This document shows, piece by piece, positions 1-8,263 of a stretch of 64,000 nt of DNA. Under the pieces are notes generated by a model. It was not told where the DNA came from and did no database searches. It saw only the letters and a list, made by a program, of their open reading frames with translations. Within the stretch, counting starts at the first letter, position 1, and each line of letters opens with the position of its first letter. The position numbers were made by a program, and so were the translations under genes. Location: assembly GCA_046861385.1 (NCBI GenBank), contig JBHHTW010000003.1:73660-137659 (forward strand), read 5' to 3'. Origin of the DNA: Fidelibacterota bacterium (lineage in GTDB: Bacteria; Fidelibacterota; Marinisomatia; Marinisomatales; TCS55).

Positions 1-1830
1 GTGGGTTTGCATGAACAGCCTTATATTTCTATGGATGAAACCAGAAAAATTCTGGGAAACCACCAGTTTAAACGAACAGCAGATAAAATGGCTTCCCGAT
101 CCATTACTTTGGTGAAGAATGAGAATTCATTTTTACCATTAAGCGTTGATGAAAATGAAGAAATTATCATTATTGATATTTATGATACTCCCAATAATCA
201 TGATGAATCGATCATGACAGCAAGAATAAAACAAAATGGATTAAAAGTCAGATCATTTCAGGTTGATGAGTCAGACAGTAATTCCTATTATAAATCGATC
301 CTGGAAACCATACCGGATAATGCAAAAATTATTGTAAATGCATTTGCAAGTCCTTCAGCAAGGAAAAATCGAATATTTCTACCTGAACACCAAATGGAAT
401 TTATCCGTACATTAAATCGGATGTCAAAACGGATTCTTCTGATTAGTTTTGGAAATCCTTATTTGATTCAGGGATTCCCTGAATCTCCGGCTTATGTCTG
501 TGCTTGGAAGGGAAGTTTGATTATGCAAAATGCTATGGTTCAAACATTGCTTGGAAGGAATGGTTTTTCCGGCATACTACCCATAACCATTCCGGACATT
601 GCGCAGAAGGGGTTTGGAATCCCATTAAAGCAGGATTCCCTAAAATTGGAATGGACTATTTCTATTCCAGGAACAGTAATTCAACATATTATGCCTTACG
701 AAATGGACATTGATACTAAAGAGGTAAATACATTCCTTCAAGCAGCCGTTGCGGATTCCGCATGGCCTGGCGCAGTGTTAATTGCAGGAAAGGACGGAAA
801 AATATTTATTCATGAGGCTGTGGGATACCATACATACAAAGGAAAACAAAAAACACAGAAATCGGATATTTTTGACCTGGCATCGATCACTAAAGTGATT
901 GCCACTACATCAGCCATTATGAAATTGGTGGAATCCGGTGCGCTTGACCTGGATGAAAAAGTGGTAACATATCTTCCGGAATTCAAGGGGAAACAAACAA
1001 AATATTTTAAACAAAAAAGTGAAACTAGTATAAAGAATTTGTTAACCCACACAGCCGGTCTCCCACCTTTTAAACAATATTATCTCATGAATGGAGATAT
1101 CCATTCGCGGCTGGACAGTGTATTTAACACAGAGCCGATTCTAGGGTTGGCGGAAAAGACGGTTTATTCGGATATTGGTCTGATTACTTTGGGAAAAGTG
1201 ATTGAAAGGGTGAGTGGATCTACACTGGATGAATGGGTGGATTCTCTTGTGTTCCGGCCATTGGGAATGAATACAACCTTTTTTAATCCACCGCGTGAAA
1301 AACTTCATCGAATTGTTCCAACAGAAATAGTCGATGGATATCGTAAAGGATTAATTCATGGGGAAGTCCACGATGAAAATTCCTTTAGTTTGGGTGGTAT
1401 TACCGGGCATGCAGGACTTTTTTCCACGGCAGAAGATTTGGCAATTTTTTCCCAAATGATGCTTAATGGAGGATTATATGATTTTCACCGGATATTTGAA
1501 GAAGAAACAGTAAATTCATTCACCACGAAAGCCAATGTGGTAGAAGGCAGTTCGCGGTGTCTCGGTTGGGATAGCCCGGAAGGAAAAGCATCTGGTGGTG
1601 TGTACCTGAGTGATAACAGTTTTGGTCATACTGGATATACAGGAACATCATTATGGATTGATCCGGAAAACCAAATGTTTGTTATTCTACTGACGAATGC
1701 GGTCCATCCAAACCGTTCTTGGAAAGATCCAAAATATTATGATTGGAGGCAACTGATTCATTCAGCTGTTTACACAGCGGTTGGAATTACTGAAAAAAAT
1801 CCTAAACTAGATTGGAGAAAAGATTGGTGA
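1..1830 (+). CDS. 5'-truncated GH3 beta-N-acetylglucosaminidase (C-terminal domain) fused to a beta-lactamase-fold serine hydrolase (AmiE-like)
   Basis: GH3 C-domain motifs SITLVKNE and SFGNPY, then class C beta-lactamase-family motifs FDLASITK (SxxK), YSDIG, GEVHDEN, GHAGLFS and FGHTGYTG. The ORF is open at the window edge. Confidence 0.85.
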   Translation: MGLHEQPYISMDETRKILGNHQFKRTADKMASRSITLVKNENSFLPLSVDENEEIIIIDIYDTPNNHDESIMTARIKQNGLKVRSFQVDESDSNSYYKSILETIPDNAKIIVNAFASPSARKNRIFLPEHQMEFIRTLNRMSKRILLISFGNPYLIQGFPESPAYVCAWKGSLIMQNAMVQTLLGRNGFSGILPITIPDIAQKGFGIPLKQDSLKLEWTISIPGTVIQHIMPYEMDIDTKEVNTFLQAAVADSAWPGAVLIAGKDGKIFIHEAVGYHTYKGKQKTQKSDIFDLASITKVIATTSAIMKLVESGALDLDEKVVTYLPEFKGKQTKYFKQKSETSIKNLLTHTAGLPPFKQYYLMNGDIHSRLDSVFNTEPILGLAEKTVYSDIGLITLGKVIERVSGSTLDEWVDSLVFRPLGMNTTFFNPPREKLHRIVPTEIVDGYRKGLIHGEVHDENSFSLGGITGHAGLFSTAEDLAIFSQMMLNGGLYDFHRIFEEETVNSFTTKANVVEGSSRCLGWDSPEGKASGGVYLSDNSFGHTGYTGTSLWIDPENQMFVILLTNAVHPNRSWKDPKYYDWRQLIHSAVYTAVGITEKNPKLDWRKDW

Positions 1831-1887
1831 TTGGTAGAGTAGTAACTAGTGGATTGGTGAGTAGTGGATTGGTTGTTGGTGGAATAG
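1823..1887 (+). repeat. Degenerate TGGT-rich short repeats upstream of the four-helix-bundle gene
   Basis: Units such as ttggtga, ttggtag, tagtggattggt (twice) and tggtgag; roughly the reverse complement of the CTCACCA repeats downstream. Confidence 0.55.
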
Positions 1888-1908
1888 AAACTCGTAGAGA
1901 GGTAAGCG

Positions 1909-2196
1909 GTGAAGTTTAAAGATATTGAAGTAACTAAAACTGGTTTTATAAGTGAGCCGGATCGATTTAGGTTAGATGATTTTGAAGTCTATAAACTGGC
2001 TCATAGGTTTAGAAAGAAATTATCTCCAATGATAAATCAATTACCTGAAAAGGAAAAATACAAATTAACAAGCCAAATGCGTGATGCAATCATTTCAGTG
2101 ACCAATAATATTGCAGAAGCACATGGACGTTGGCATTATAAAGAATCAATGCTTATTTCAATAACCAAAAAAGTCAAAATAACAAATAACCAATGA
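1909..2196 (+). pseudogene. Four-helix-bundle (23S rRNA IVS protein / bAvd-like) gene with internal deletion and frameshift
   Basis: DFEVYKLA...LPEKEKYKLTSQMRDAIISVTNNIAEAHGR is the family signature. Similarity stops after KES, and a C-terminal-like segment INAYFNNQKS appears in the -1 frame. Confidence 0.75.
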
Positions 2197-3074
2197 ATAC
2201 TCACCAGTTACCACTCGCCAGTTACCGCTCACCAGCTACCGCTCACCACTCACCAGTATTATTATTTTTTACTTTTTACTTTTTACTTACCATTGGATAT
2301 TCGAATCAGGACAATTGGGTGAGTTCGCTGCCAAAACCCTGGAGTTTAAATGAAGAGCAAATATCAGAAATTTTACCCCAATTTTATCAGCATTATCCCG
2401 ATTTTCATGACCGCCTTAAAGCATTTGCCGTGTGGCAAGTGGGTAAACCGTACGAAATATATAAACTGGGAGATGAAGTCGAACCGGATCCTGATCCTAT
2501 CATCAGGCTGGATGTTTCTGATTGTACCGTTCACGTATTGACCAGCCTGGCCTTTTCCCAGAGTAAATCCTGGGAGGAAGCCAGATCCAATATGATAGCA
2601 ATCCATTATAAAGATGGAATTCCATCTTATAAATCACGGTGGCATTATACCACTGACCGTATTCAGGAAAATCCATCTACGGTTAATATTACAGAAAAAT
2701 TATTGGATAAAAACCAGTTGGAAAAAATTAACATTACTCTGAATAAAAAAGAAGATGACAGTGAATTTCTGGACTTGGATTGGGAGAAAAATACTTCTGT
2801 TTATTTTATACCGAATCAAGAAATCAATAAACAACTATTAAAAAAACTTCCGGAAGTTTGCGGTGTTGCATTTGTCAGGATAAAATATTTTAAAATTGGG
2901 ATTGTAATTGCCCACGAAGGAATGATCATTGATCAACAAAATCTGGTTCATGCATCATCGGAATATGGTGAAACTGTCAGTGTGGACTTTATGAAATATT
3001 ATTTTAGGGATGATGGTCCAGTTTTTGACGGTATTATGATCTATTCATTTCATCCATTATCAGGGATCAAATGA
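2193..3074 (+). CDS. DUF1460 / N-acetylmuramoyl-L-alanine amidase-like (NlpC/P60-related) protein, secreted
   Basis: GKPY...DVSDCTVHV (catalytic Cys), RWHY, GIVIAHEG (His) and LVHASS; hydrophobic signal region near the N-terminus. Confidence 0.8.
   Translation: MNTHQLPLASYRSPATAHHSPVLLFFTFYFLLTIGYSNQDNWVSSLPKPWSLNEEQISEILPQFYQHYPDFHDRLKAFAVWQVGKPYEIYKLGDEVEPDPDPIIRLDVSDCTVHVLTSLAFSQSKSWEEARSNMIAIHYKDGIPSYKSRWHYTTDRIQENPSTVNITEKLLDKNQLEKINITLNKKEDDSEFLDLDWEKNTSVYFIPNQEINKQLLKKLPEVCGVAFVRIKYFKIGIVIAHEGMIIDQQNLVHASSEYGETVSVDFMKYYFRDDGPVFDGIMIYSFHPLSGIK
2200..2286 (+). repeat. 7/14-bp tandem repeats: about three 14-bp units (CTCACCAGTTACCR-like), two CTCACCA, then (TTTTTAC)x3
   Basis: Read directly: ctcaccagttacca ctcgccagttaccg ctcaccagctaccg ctcacca ctcacca at 2200-2255; tttttac x3 at 2266-2286. 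Confidence 0.85.
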
Positions 3075-5389
3075 TGAAATCAAGTGTAGAGAAATGTTTT
3101 TTAGAAAGATCAAATTACATTCAACAGAATACAAAAATACCTTATATAGTTGTCGAGAATTTCCCAAGACTCGGATTATTAACGTCTTTAAGATTTCTGG
3201 AATGGGTCAGTCACCATCCGGAAGGTGTTATCAGCCTACCCACAGGAAAAACTCCTGAATTTTTCATCAAATGGACTCAACATATTCTGGATAAATGGTC
3301 TGATAAAAAAATAGAACGAATTCGTAAGAGTAACGGACTCGAAATAAATCAAAAACCGAACATGAGCAGACTTAAATTTGTGCAGATCGACGAGTTTTAT
3401 CCTATTAATCCCAGGCAGCACAATAGTTTTTATAATTATGTTCAGCGCTTTTATGTATCAGAATTTGGCCTTGATGCCACTCGAGGACTATTTATGAATT
3501 GTGATGATATTCCAACTGGGGATGGGAAATCATTAATGGAGATATTTCCTGATCAAAAAGTGGATTTATCACTCCGATACAGAGAACCGAAGTCTGAATC
3601 AGAAAAGAATCAGCAGGATACAATTTTTCTCGTAGATCAATGGTGTACTGAATATGAATCAGCGATCCGGGAAATGGGAGGAATCGGTTTTTTCCTGGGG
3701 GGAATTGGTCCTGATGGACATATTGCCTTTAATGTTCGTGGTTCAGATCATCATTCAACGACCCGACTCATGGAAACAAATTTTGAGACCCAAGCGACTG
3801 CCTCCACTGATTTAGGCGGTATCGATATTGCCAAAAGCCGTTTGGTAATCACCATTGGTTTATCCAGTATTACTGCTAAACAAAATGTAACAGCTATTAT
3901 TATGGCAGCCGGTGAAGCCAAAGCAGAAATAGTAAAAAAATCATTAGAAATGGATCAGAATATTCAATATCCCGCCACTGTTTTACAATTATTGGAAAAC
4001 AGTCGATTCTACTTAACACAGGGAGCTGCATGTCGATTAAATGATGTGACTGATTATCATTTATCACATGATCCGTGGACGAAGGAAAATACAGAGAGGG
4101 TGGTTGTAAATCTCTGTCAAAAACTAAATAAGTTCGGTCATAGACTCAGTGTAGAAGATTTTAAAGATGATTCTGTAGGGTTGCTCATAAAGGATATTGA
4201 TGAAACGATAGTTCCCACTGTCATTCAGTCGTTTCGCAGCAAGTTAGAAAAAGCAATTCATGTTCCGGATGGCGAAACTTTTTTACATACTGGGCCTCAC
4301 CACGATGATATTATGCTGGGTTATTTACCCCATATTATTCATTTAGTGCGGTCTCCGAAAAATAGAAACTACTTCGCGAATTTAACTTCGGGATTTACTT
4401 CTGTTACTAATCGATACCTCGCGGATGTATTGAAGGAAACAGCAAAATTATTAACTGCTGGTAGAATTGAAATGACTGATTTTACAGATTTTTTTGAAAA
4501 AGGATACAATCGAAAACGAGATAAAGATGTATATCATTATCTAGACCGGATCGCTGAAGGGAATACTCAAGGACAAAAAAGAGGATTAAGCCATCGCATC
4601 GTTCGAGCCCTTGTTGAAATCCATTCCATAAAATCCAAAGATGAATTAATTCAAAAAATTAATGAATCCGAATCCTATTTAAAAACATGCTATGATGGTC
4701 AAAAAAATCCCGAAAATATTCAAAAGCTAAAAGGGATGATTCGCGAATTTGAAGAAGAATTGGTGTGGGCTCATTACGGCGTTCAGGTCAAAGATGTTCA
4801 TCATTTACGATTGGGATTCTATCAGGGAGATATTTTCACAGAGACGCCGGAAAAAACACGGGATGTTGAACCTATTTTAGCCCTTTTAAAGAAATTAAAC
4901 CCAACAGTAATTACTCTAGCGTTAGATCCGGAAGGAAGTGGTCCCGACACTCATTATAAAGTATTGCAAGCCATTGCTGAAGCGGTGCGTTTATGGGGAA
5001 AAGAAACCGATTTAACTCATTTGAAGATTTGGGGTTATCGCAATGTCTGGTATCGATTTAGCCCGTGGGAAGCGGATATAATTGTTCCTGTTTCACTCAA
5101 CTCCATGGCCATGCTCCGCGATACATTTATGAATTGTTATTTAAGCCAAAAGGATGCGTCTTTCCCCAGTTACGAATTGGATGGTCCTTTCTGTGATTTA
5201 ACTCAAAAAATTTGGTATGAACAGCATAAGCTAATGGAATTAGTCTTGGGCAGGGATTTTTGGTACCAGAATGAACACCCCAGGTTGCGAGCAACCCACG
5301 GTCTGGTTTACCTGCGAGAATTGTCTGTCGAACAATTTTTGAGCGAAGCCAGACGATTAGAAAAATCAATCGAAGGTGAGATCGATTAA
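3071..5389 (+). CDS. nagB: Glucosamine-6-phosphate deaminase fused to a PIG-L-like deacetylase domain
   Basis: ISLPTGKTP, QIDEFYP, LGGIGPDGHIAFN, ITIGL and AAGEAKA; C-terminal PHHDDIMLG and DPEGSGPDTH. Confidence 0.85.
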   Translation: MMKSSVEKCFLERSNYIQQNTKIPYIVVENFPRLGLLTSLRFLEWVSHHPEGVISLPTGKTPEFFIKWTQHILDKWSDKKIERIRKSNGLEINQKPNMSRLKFVQIDEFYPINPRQHNSFYNYVQRFYVSEFGLDATRGLFMNCDDIPTGDGKSLMEIFPDQKVDLSLRYREPKSESEKNQQDTIFLVDQWCTEYESAIREMGGIGFFLGGIGPDGHIAFNVRGSDHHSTTRLMETNFETQATASTDLGGIDIAKSRLVITIGLSSITAKQNVTAIIMAAGEAKAEIVKKSLEMDQNIQYPATVLQLLENSRFYLTQGAACRLNDVTDYHLSHDPWTKENTERVVVNLCQKLNKFGHRLSVEDFKDDSVGLLIKDIDETIVPTVIQSFRSKLEKAIHVPDGETFLHTGPHHDDIMLGYLPHIIHLVRSPKNRNYFANLTSGFTSVTNRYLADVLKETAKLLTAGRIEMTDFTDFFEKGYNRKRDKDVYHYLDRIAEGNTQGQKRGLSHRIVRALVEIHSIKSKDELIQKINESESYLKTCYDGQKNPENIQKLKGMIREFEEELVWAHYGVQVKDVHHLRLGFYQGDIFTETPEKTRDVEPILALLKKLNPTVITLALDPEGSGPDTHYKVLQAIAEAVRLWGKETDLTHLKIWGYRNVWYRFSPWEADIIVPVSLNSMAMLRDTFMNCYLSQKDASFPSYELDGPFCDLTQKIWYEQHKLMELVLGRDFWYQNEHPRLRATHGLVYLRELSVEQFLSEARRLEKSIEGEID

Positions 5390-5421
5390 TATTTTTCAAT
5401 TTATTTATAATCGTTTATAAA

Positions 5422-6024
5422 ATGTCTTTTAAAATACGCTGTTATCGCCCTGATGATTTTAATGCTATTTATAAAATTTGTCTTGAAACGGGCGATAGTG
5501 GAAAAGATGCCACAGAACTGTTCAACGATCCGGATCTTCTGGGCCATTTATATTCAGGACCCTATGTTATCCTTGAGCCGGAGTCGGCATTCATATTAGA
5601 AGATGCCATGGGTCCCTGTGGCTATATTATTGGGGCGTTGGACTCAGAATCATTCTATAAGAAAATGAATGACTTATGGCTGCCTCAAATCCGTAAAAAA
5701 TATACAGATCCGAAACCGGGTTTAACCCAATGGACGAAAGATGAAGAATTGATTCATCATTTATTCCATCCGAAGGAGCCAGTCATTTTGCCGGACTATC
5801 CGTCCCATCTTCATATTGATTTATTATCCCGGGCGCAAGGCCAGGGACAGGGGAAAAAAATGATGGACCATTTCTTTCAATATTTAAAAGTAAATCATTC
5901 CAAAGGAATACACCTCGGTCTGAGTATTCATAATAACAGGGCGTTTCATTTTTATAAACAATACGGAATGACAGAATTATTTCGCAATTCAGACGCCATT
6001 ATTATGGGGTTTTCTTTTGAGTAA
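5422..6024 (+). CDS. GNAT acetyltransferase related to the O-GlcNAcase C-terminal HAT-like domain
   Basis: IRCYRPDD..AIYKICLETG, FILED..GPCGYIIG, YPSHLHIDLL.RAQGQGQG (motif A) and NNRAFHFY. Confidence 0.85.
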   Translation: MSFKIRCYRPDDFNAIYKICLETGDSGKDATELFNDPDLLGHLYSGPYVILEPESAFILEDAMGPCGYIIGALDSESFYKKMNDLWLPQIRKKYTDPKPGLTQWTKDEELIHHLFHPKEPVILPDYPSHLHIDLLSRAQGQGQGKKMMDHFFQYLKVNHSKGIHLGLSIHNNRAFHFYKQYGMTELFRNSDAIIMGFSFE

Positions 6025-7456
6025 TCTTTTCAGGAAGATATTATCTTTCGGAAAAGTCCATCCCCTGTTTTCTTTCCTATCCTTTCTGATCGCCGGGTTA
6101 AATATCTTTTTCCACATTCCTGTTCAGATTATTAATGCAGTTACTTTTTTACCGGAAACTCAGTTCAATATTCACATCAGCTGGATCAGAATATTAGTGG
6201 AACCCTTTGTGGGTTTTCCTCTCTTCCTCTTACGTTCTAGCCAAGCCCTCGAAGAATATTTTGTGATTTGGCTGTGGCTGTGTGTCATATTTGGTATTTT
6301 ACTCATCCTTAGGTGGAAAAATGAATCCTACTTTCAGCCCCTGAAACTGTTTGTTCTTTCCATTCCTGCCATGGTCGGCATAGCATTATTCGTGTTGGTA
6401 TGGATGGTTTTCTGGCCTTTGCCTGCAAATCGAATCGTAAATCATTCTGAAAATATGATTTTATTCAATGCCCATTCCCATTCCCATTTTAGTCATGATG
6501 GGTTAATGATCCCTGAAGAACTGATGAAGTGGCACGAGAAAAACGGATTTGATGCTTTTTTCCTTACGGAACACAACCATAATCCGGAAACATTGAAGCT
6601 GGTTCATCGGCAAGAAACGGGTCAATTATCTCAAACGCCACATATCATAACAGGCATTGAATTCTCCGGAAGTAACCATTTATTATTATTAGGCCTGACA
6701 GACACCCTGATTACATTTGGGAAACAGGATACATTTGCCATCAATGAAACCCATCGGCAGGGGGGACTGGTTGGCGTCGCCCATTGGTTTGACGGCCAAA
6801 AAAAATCATTAACCCACTACTTGGATACCGGTATAGACGGATTTGAAATTGCCAATCAAAATTTAATCTCGTACCCGAAAGAAATCCATGATAAAATGGT
6901 AAGGTTATGCCGGGAGAATCATTTATTTCTATTAAGTAATGCTGATTACCACGGTTATGGGCCGACTTGTAATACATGGAATGGGCTGGAAATACCTCAT
7001 TGGAATGATTTAAACCACCGGAAAAAAACAGAGGTCATCTTGAAAGGGCTAAAAGAAGGCAAAACAAAAACGTTGTTCTACCATGACCGTGCGAATACGA
7101 TTCAGGGTAATATTTGGATAAGTCCTTTATATTATTGGTTGAACTACTTCAGGGGATTGAACGGCTGGCAGCTTTTTTCCTGGCTTCTGTGGAGTCTGTG
7201 GATATTGTATAAAAAAATAAATTGCAGTCCCCGGCGCATGATGATCTGGATTCCATTCATAGCAGGAATCTCATTATTTATCCAAGGAGAAATACTCCTT
7301 TCAAGATCAGGGGATGTCCTGAAAACCAATGAAATTTATTTAGAATATGGACATTTACTTTTTAATTCAGGATTGGCATTATTCATCGCCGGAGCAATCC
7401 TTTTTATCTTATTCAAACGGTTTCCCCAATGGGTCCGAGTGCCTGATCGTTATTAA
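6017..7456 (+). CDS. Membrane-anchored PHP-domain metallo-phosphoesterase
   Basis: HSHSHFSHDG, LTEHNH, GIEFS, VAHW, GFEIAN and NADYHG; several TM helices at both ends; TTG start overlapping the upstream stop. Confidence 0.75.
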   Translation: MSNLFRKILSFGKVHPLFSFLSFLIAGLNIFFHIPVQIINAVTFLPETQFNIHISWIRILVEPFVGFPLFLLRSSQALEEYFVIWLWLCVIFGILLILRWKNESYFQPLKLFVLSIPAMVGIALFVLVWMVFWPLPANRIVNHSENMILFNAHSHSHFSHDGLMIPEELMKWHEKNGFDAFFLTEHNHNPETLKLVHRQETGQLSQTPHIITGIEFSGSNHLLLLGLTDTLITFGKQDTFAINETHRQGGLVGVAHWFDGQKKSLTHYLDTGIDGFEIANQNLISYPKEIHDKMVRLCRENHLFLLSNADYHGYGPTCNTWNGLEIPHWNDLNHRKKTEVILKGLKEGKTKTLFYHDRANTIQGNIWISPLYYWLNYFRGLNGWQLFSWLLWSLWILYKKINCSPRRMMIWIPFIAGISLFIQGEILLSRSGDVLKTNEIYLEYGHLLFNSGLALFIAGAILFILFKRFPQWVRVPDRY

Positions 7457-8260
7457 TCCACCAACCATTTTTCGTTAAAAACGGCGTGCATGATAGTTTT
7501 GCCCTGAGAATTGTGGTAAGTATAAGTCAAATGGAGGTTTCCATCATTCGTTTGAATCAGTGAAGGGTAAGAAAAACTTTCTGATAAATCATTGGATAAC
7601 CCGATATGACGTGTTCAACCCCAGGATTTGCCTTCGTCGTCAGATACAGACACAGCCCAGCTGTTTCGATTGTTTTCCGTGTCATTATACACCATCATCC
7701 AATGCTCATTATTTAGAACAATCACTTCCAGGCTGGAACCGGGGTTTGGAATGTCCGTATCGATAGCGAAAGACCAGGATTCTCCTTCATCGACTGATTG
7801 ACTAATCATCACCCGTTGGGGAGTACTTCCACCGTCTCTTAAATAGGCGGTAATGGTTCCATTCTTTTTCACGGCCAATGTCGGTTGAACAGGGCCAAGT
7901 CCGATGATCGGAGAACTGGCTCTCCATGATGCCCCTGAATCGTCACTGATGGCCATGAGAGAGATATTGAACCCATCCGAATACAAGGGAAGTAATATTC
8001 TCCCGGAAGAAAGGATAGTGGGATGAATTCGGGTCATCCAACCTTTCTGGCGTTTTTCCTGATCAGATGCCGCCTCAGTAATGAGTCTTTCGTAAGGCAA
8101 AGCGTACTGGGCCCAAACAGGATCAGTGTAATGATCTTCGAAGGCTTTTTTAATTAAATGATAAAAAGAATCACCCGGTTTTAATATAATGATATCCTGC
8201 CATTCCCATTGGGGGACGCCTTTTTGGTTGTAACGGGTTGATGTCTTAACCCTCAGAATT
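7453..8260 (-). pseudogene. BNR/Asp-box (sialidase-like, BNR_2) gene remnant: 5' part missing, in-frame TGA at 7615-7617
   Basis: Asp-boxes SDDSGASW, SVDEGESW and SDDEGKSW. The frame continues past TGA as TRHIGL...FSYPSLIQTNDGNLHLTYTY...FNEKWLVD* to TAA at 7453. No signal peptide or N-terminal region before SILRVKTS. Confidence 0.8.
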
Positions 8261-8263
8261 GAA

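Noticed and set aside
700-1830. Beta-lactam resistance gene
   Set aside because: The domain is fused to GH3 in an amino-sugar operon; the fold is shared with amidases and esterases.
1909-2196. Diversity-generating retroelement, suggested by the bAvd-like gene
   Set aside because: No reverse transcriptase and no template/variable repeat pair differing at adenines was seen in the window.
2200-2286. CRISPR array
   Set aside because: Units are 7-14 bp, directly tandem and without spacers; no cas genes.
7615-7617. TGA recoding (Trp or selenocysteine)
   Set aside because: TGA ends intact genes elsewhere (1830, 3074, 17620, 60305) and this gene is also 5'-truncated, so a nonsense mutation is simpler.
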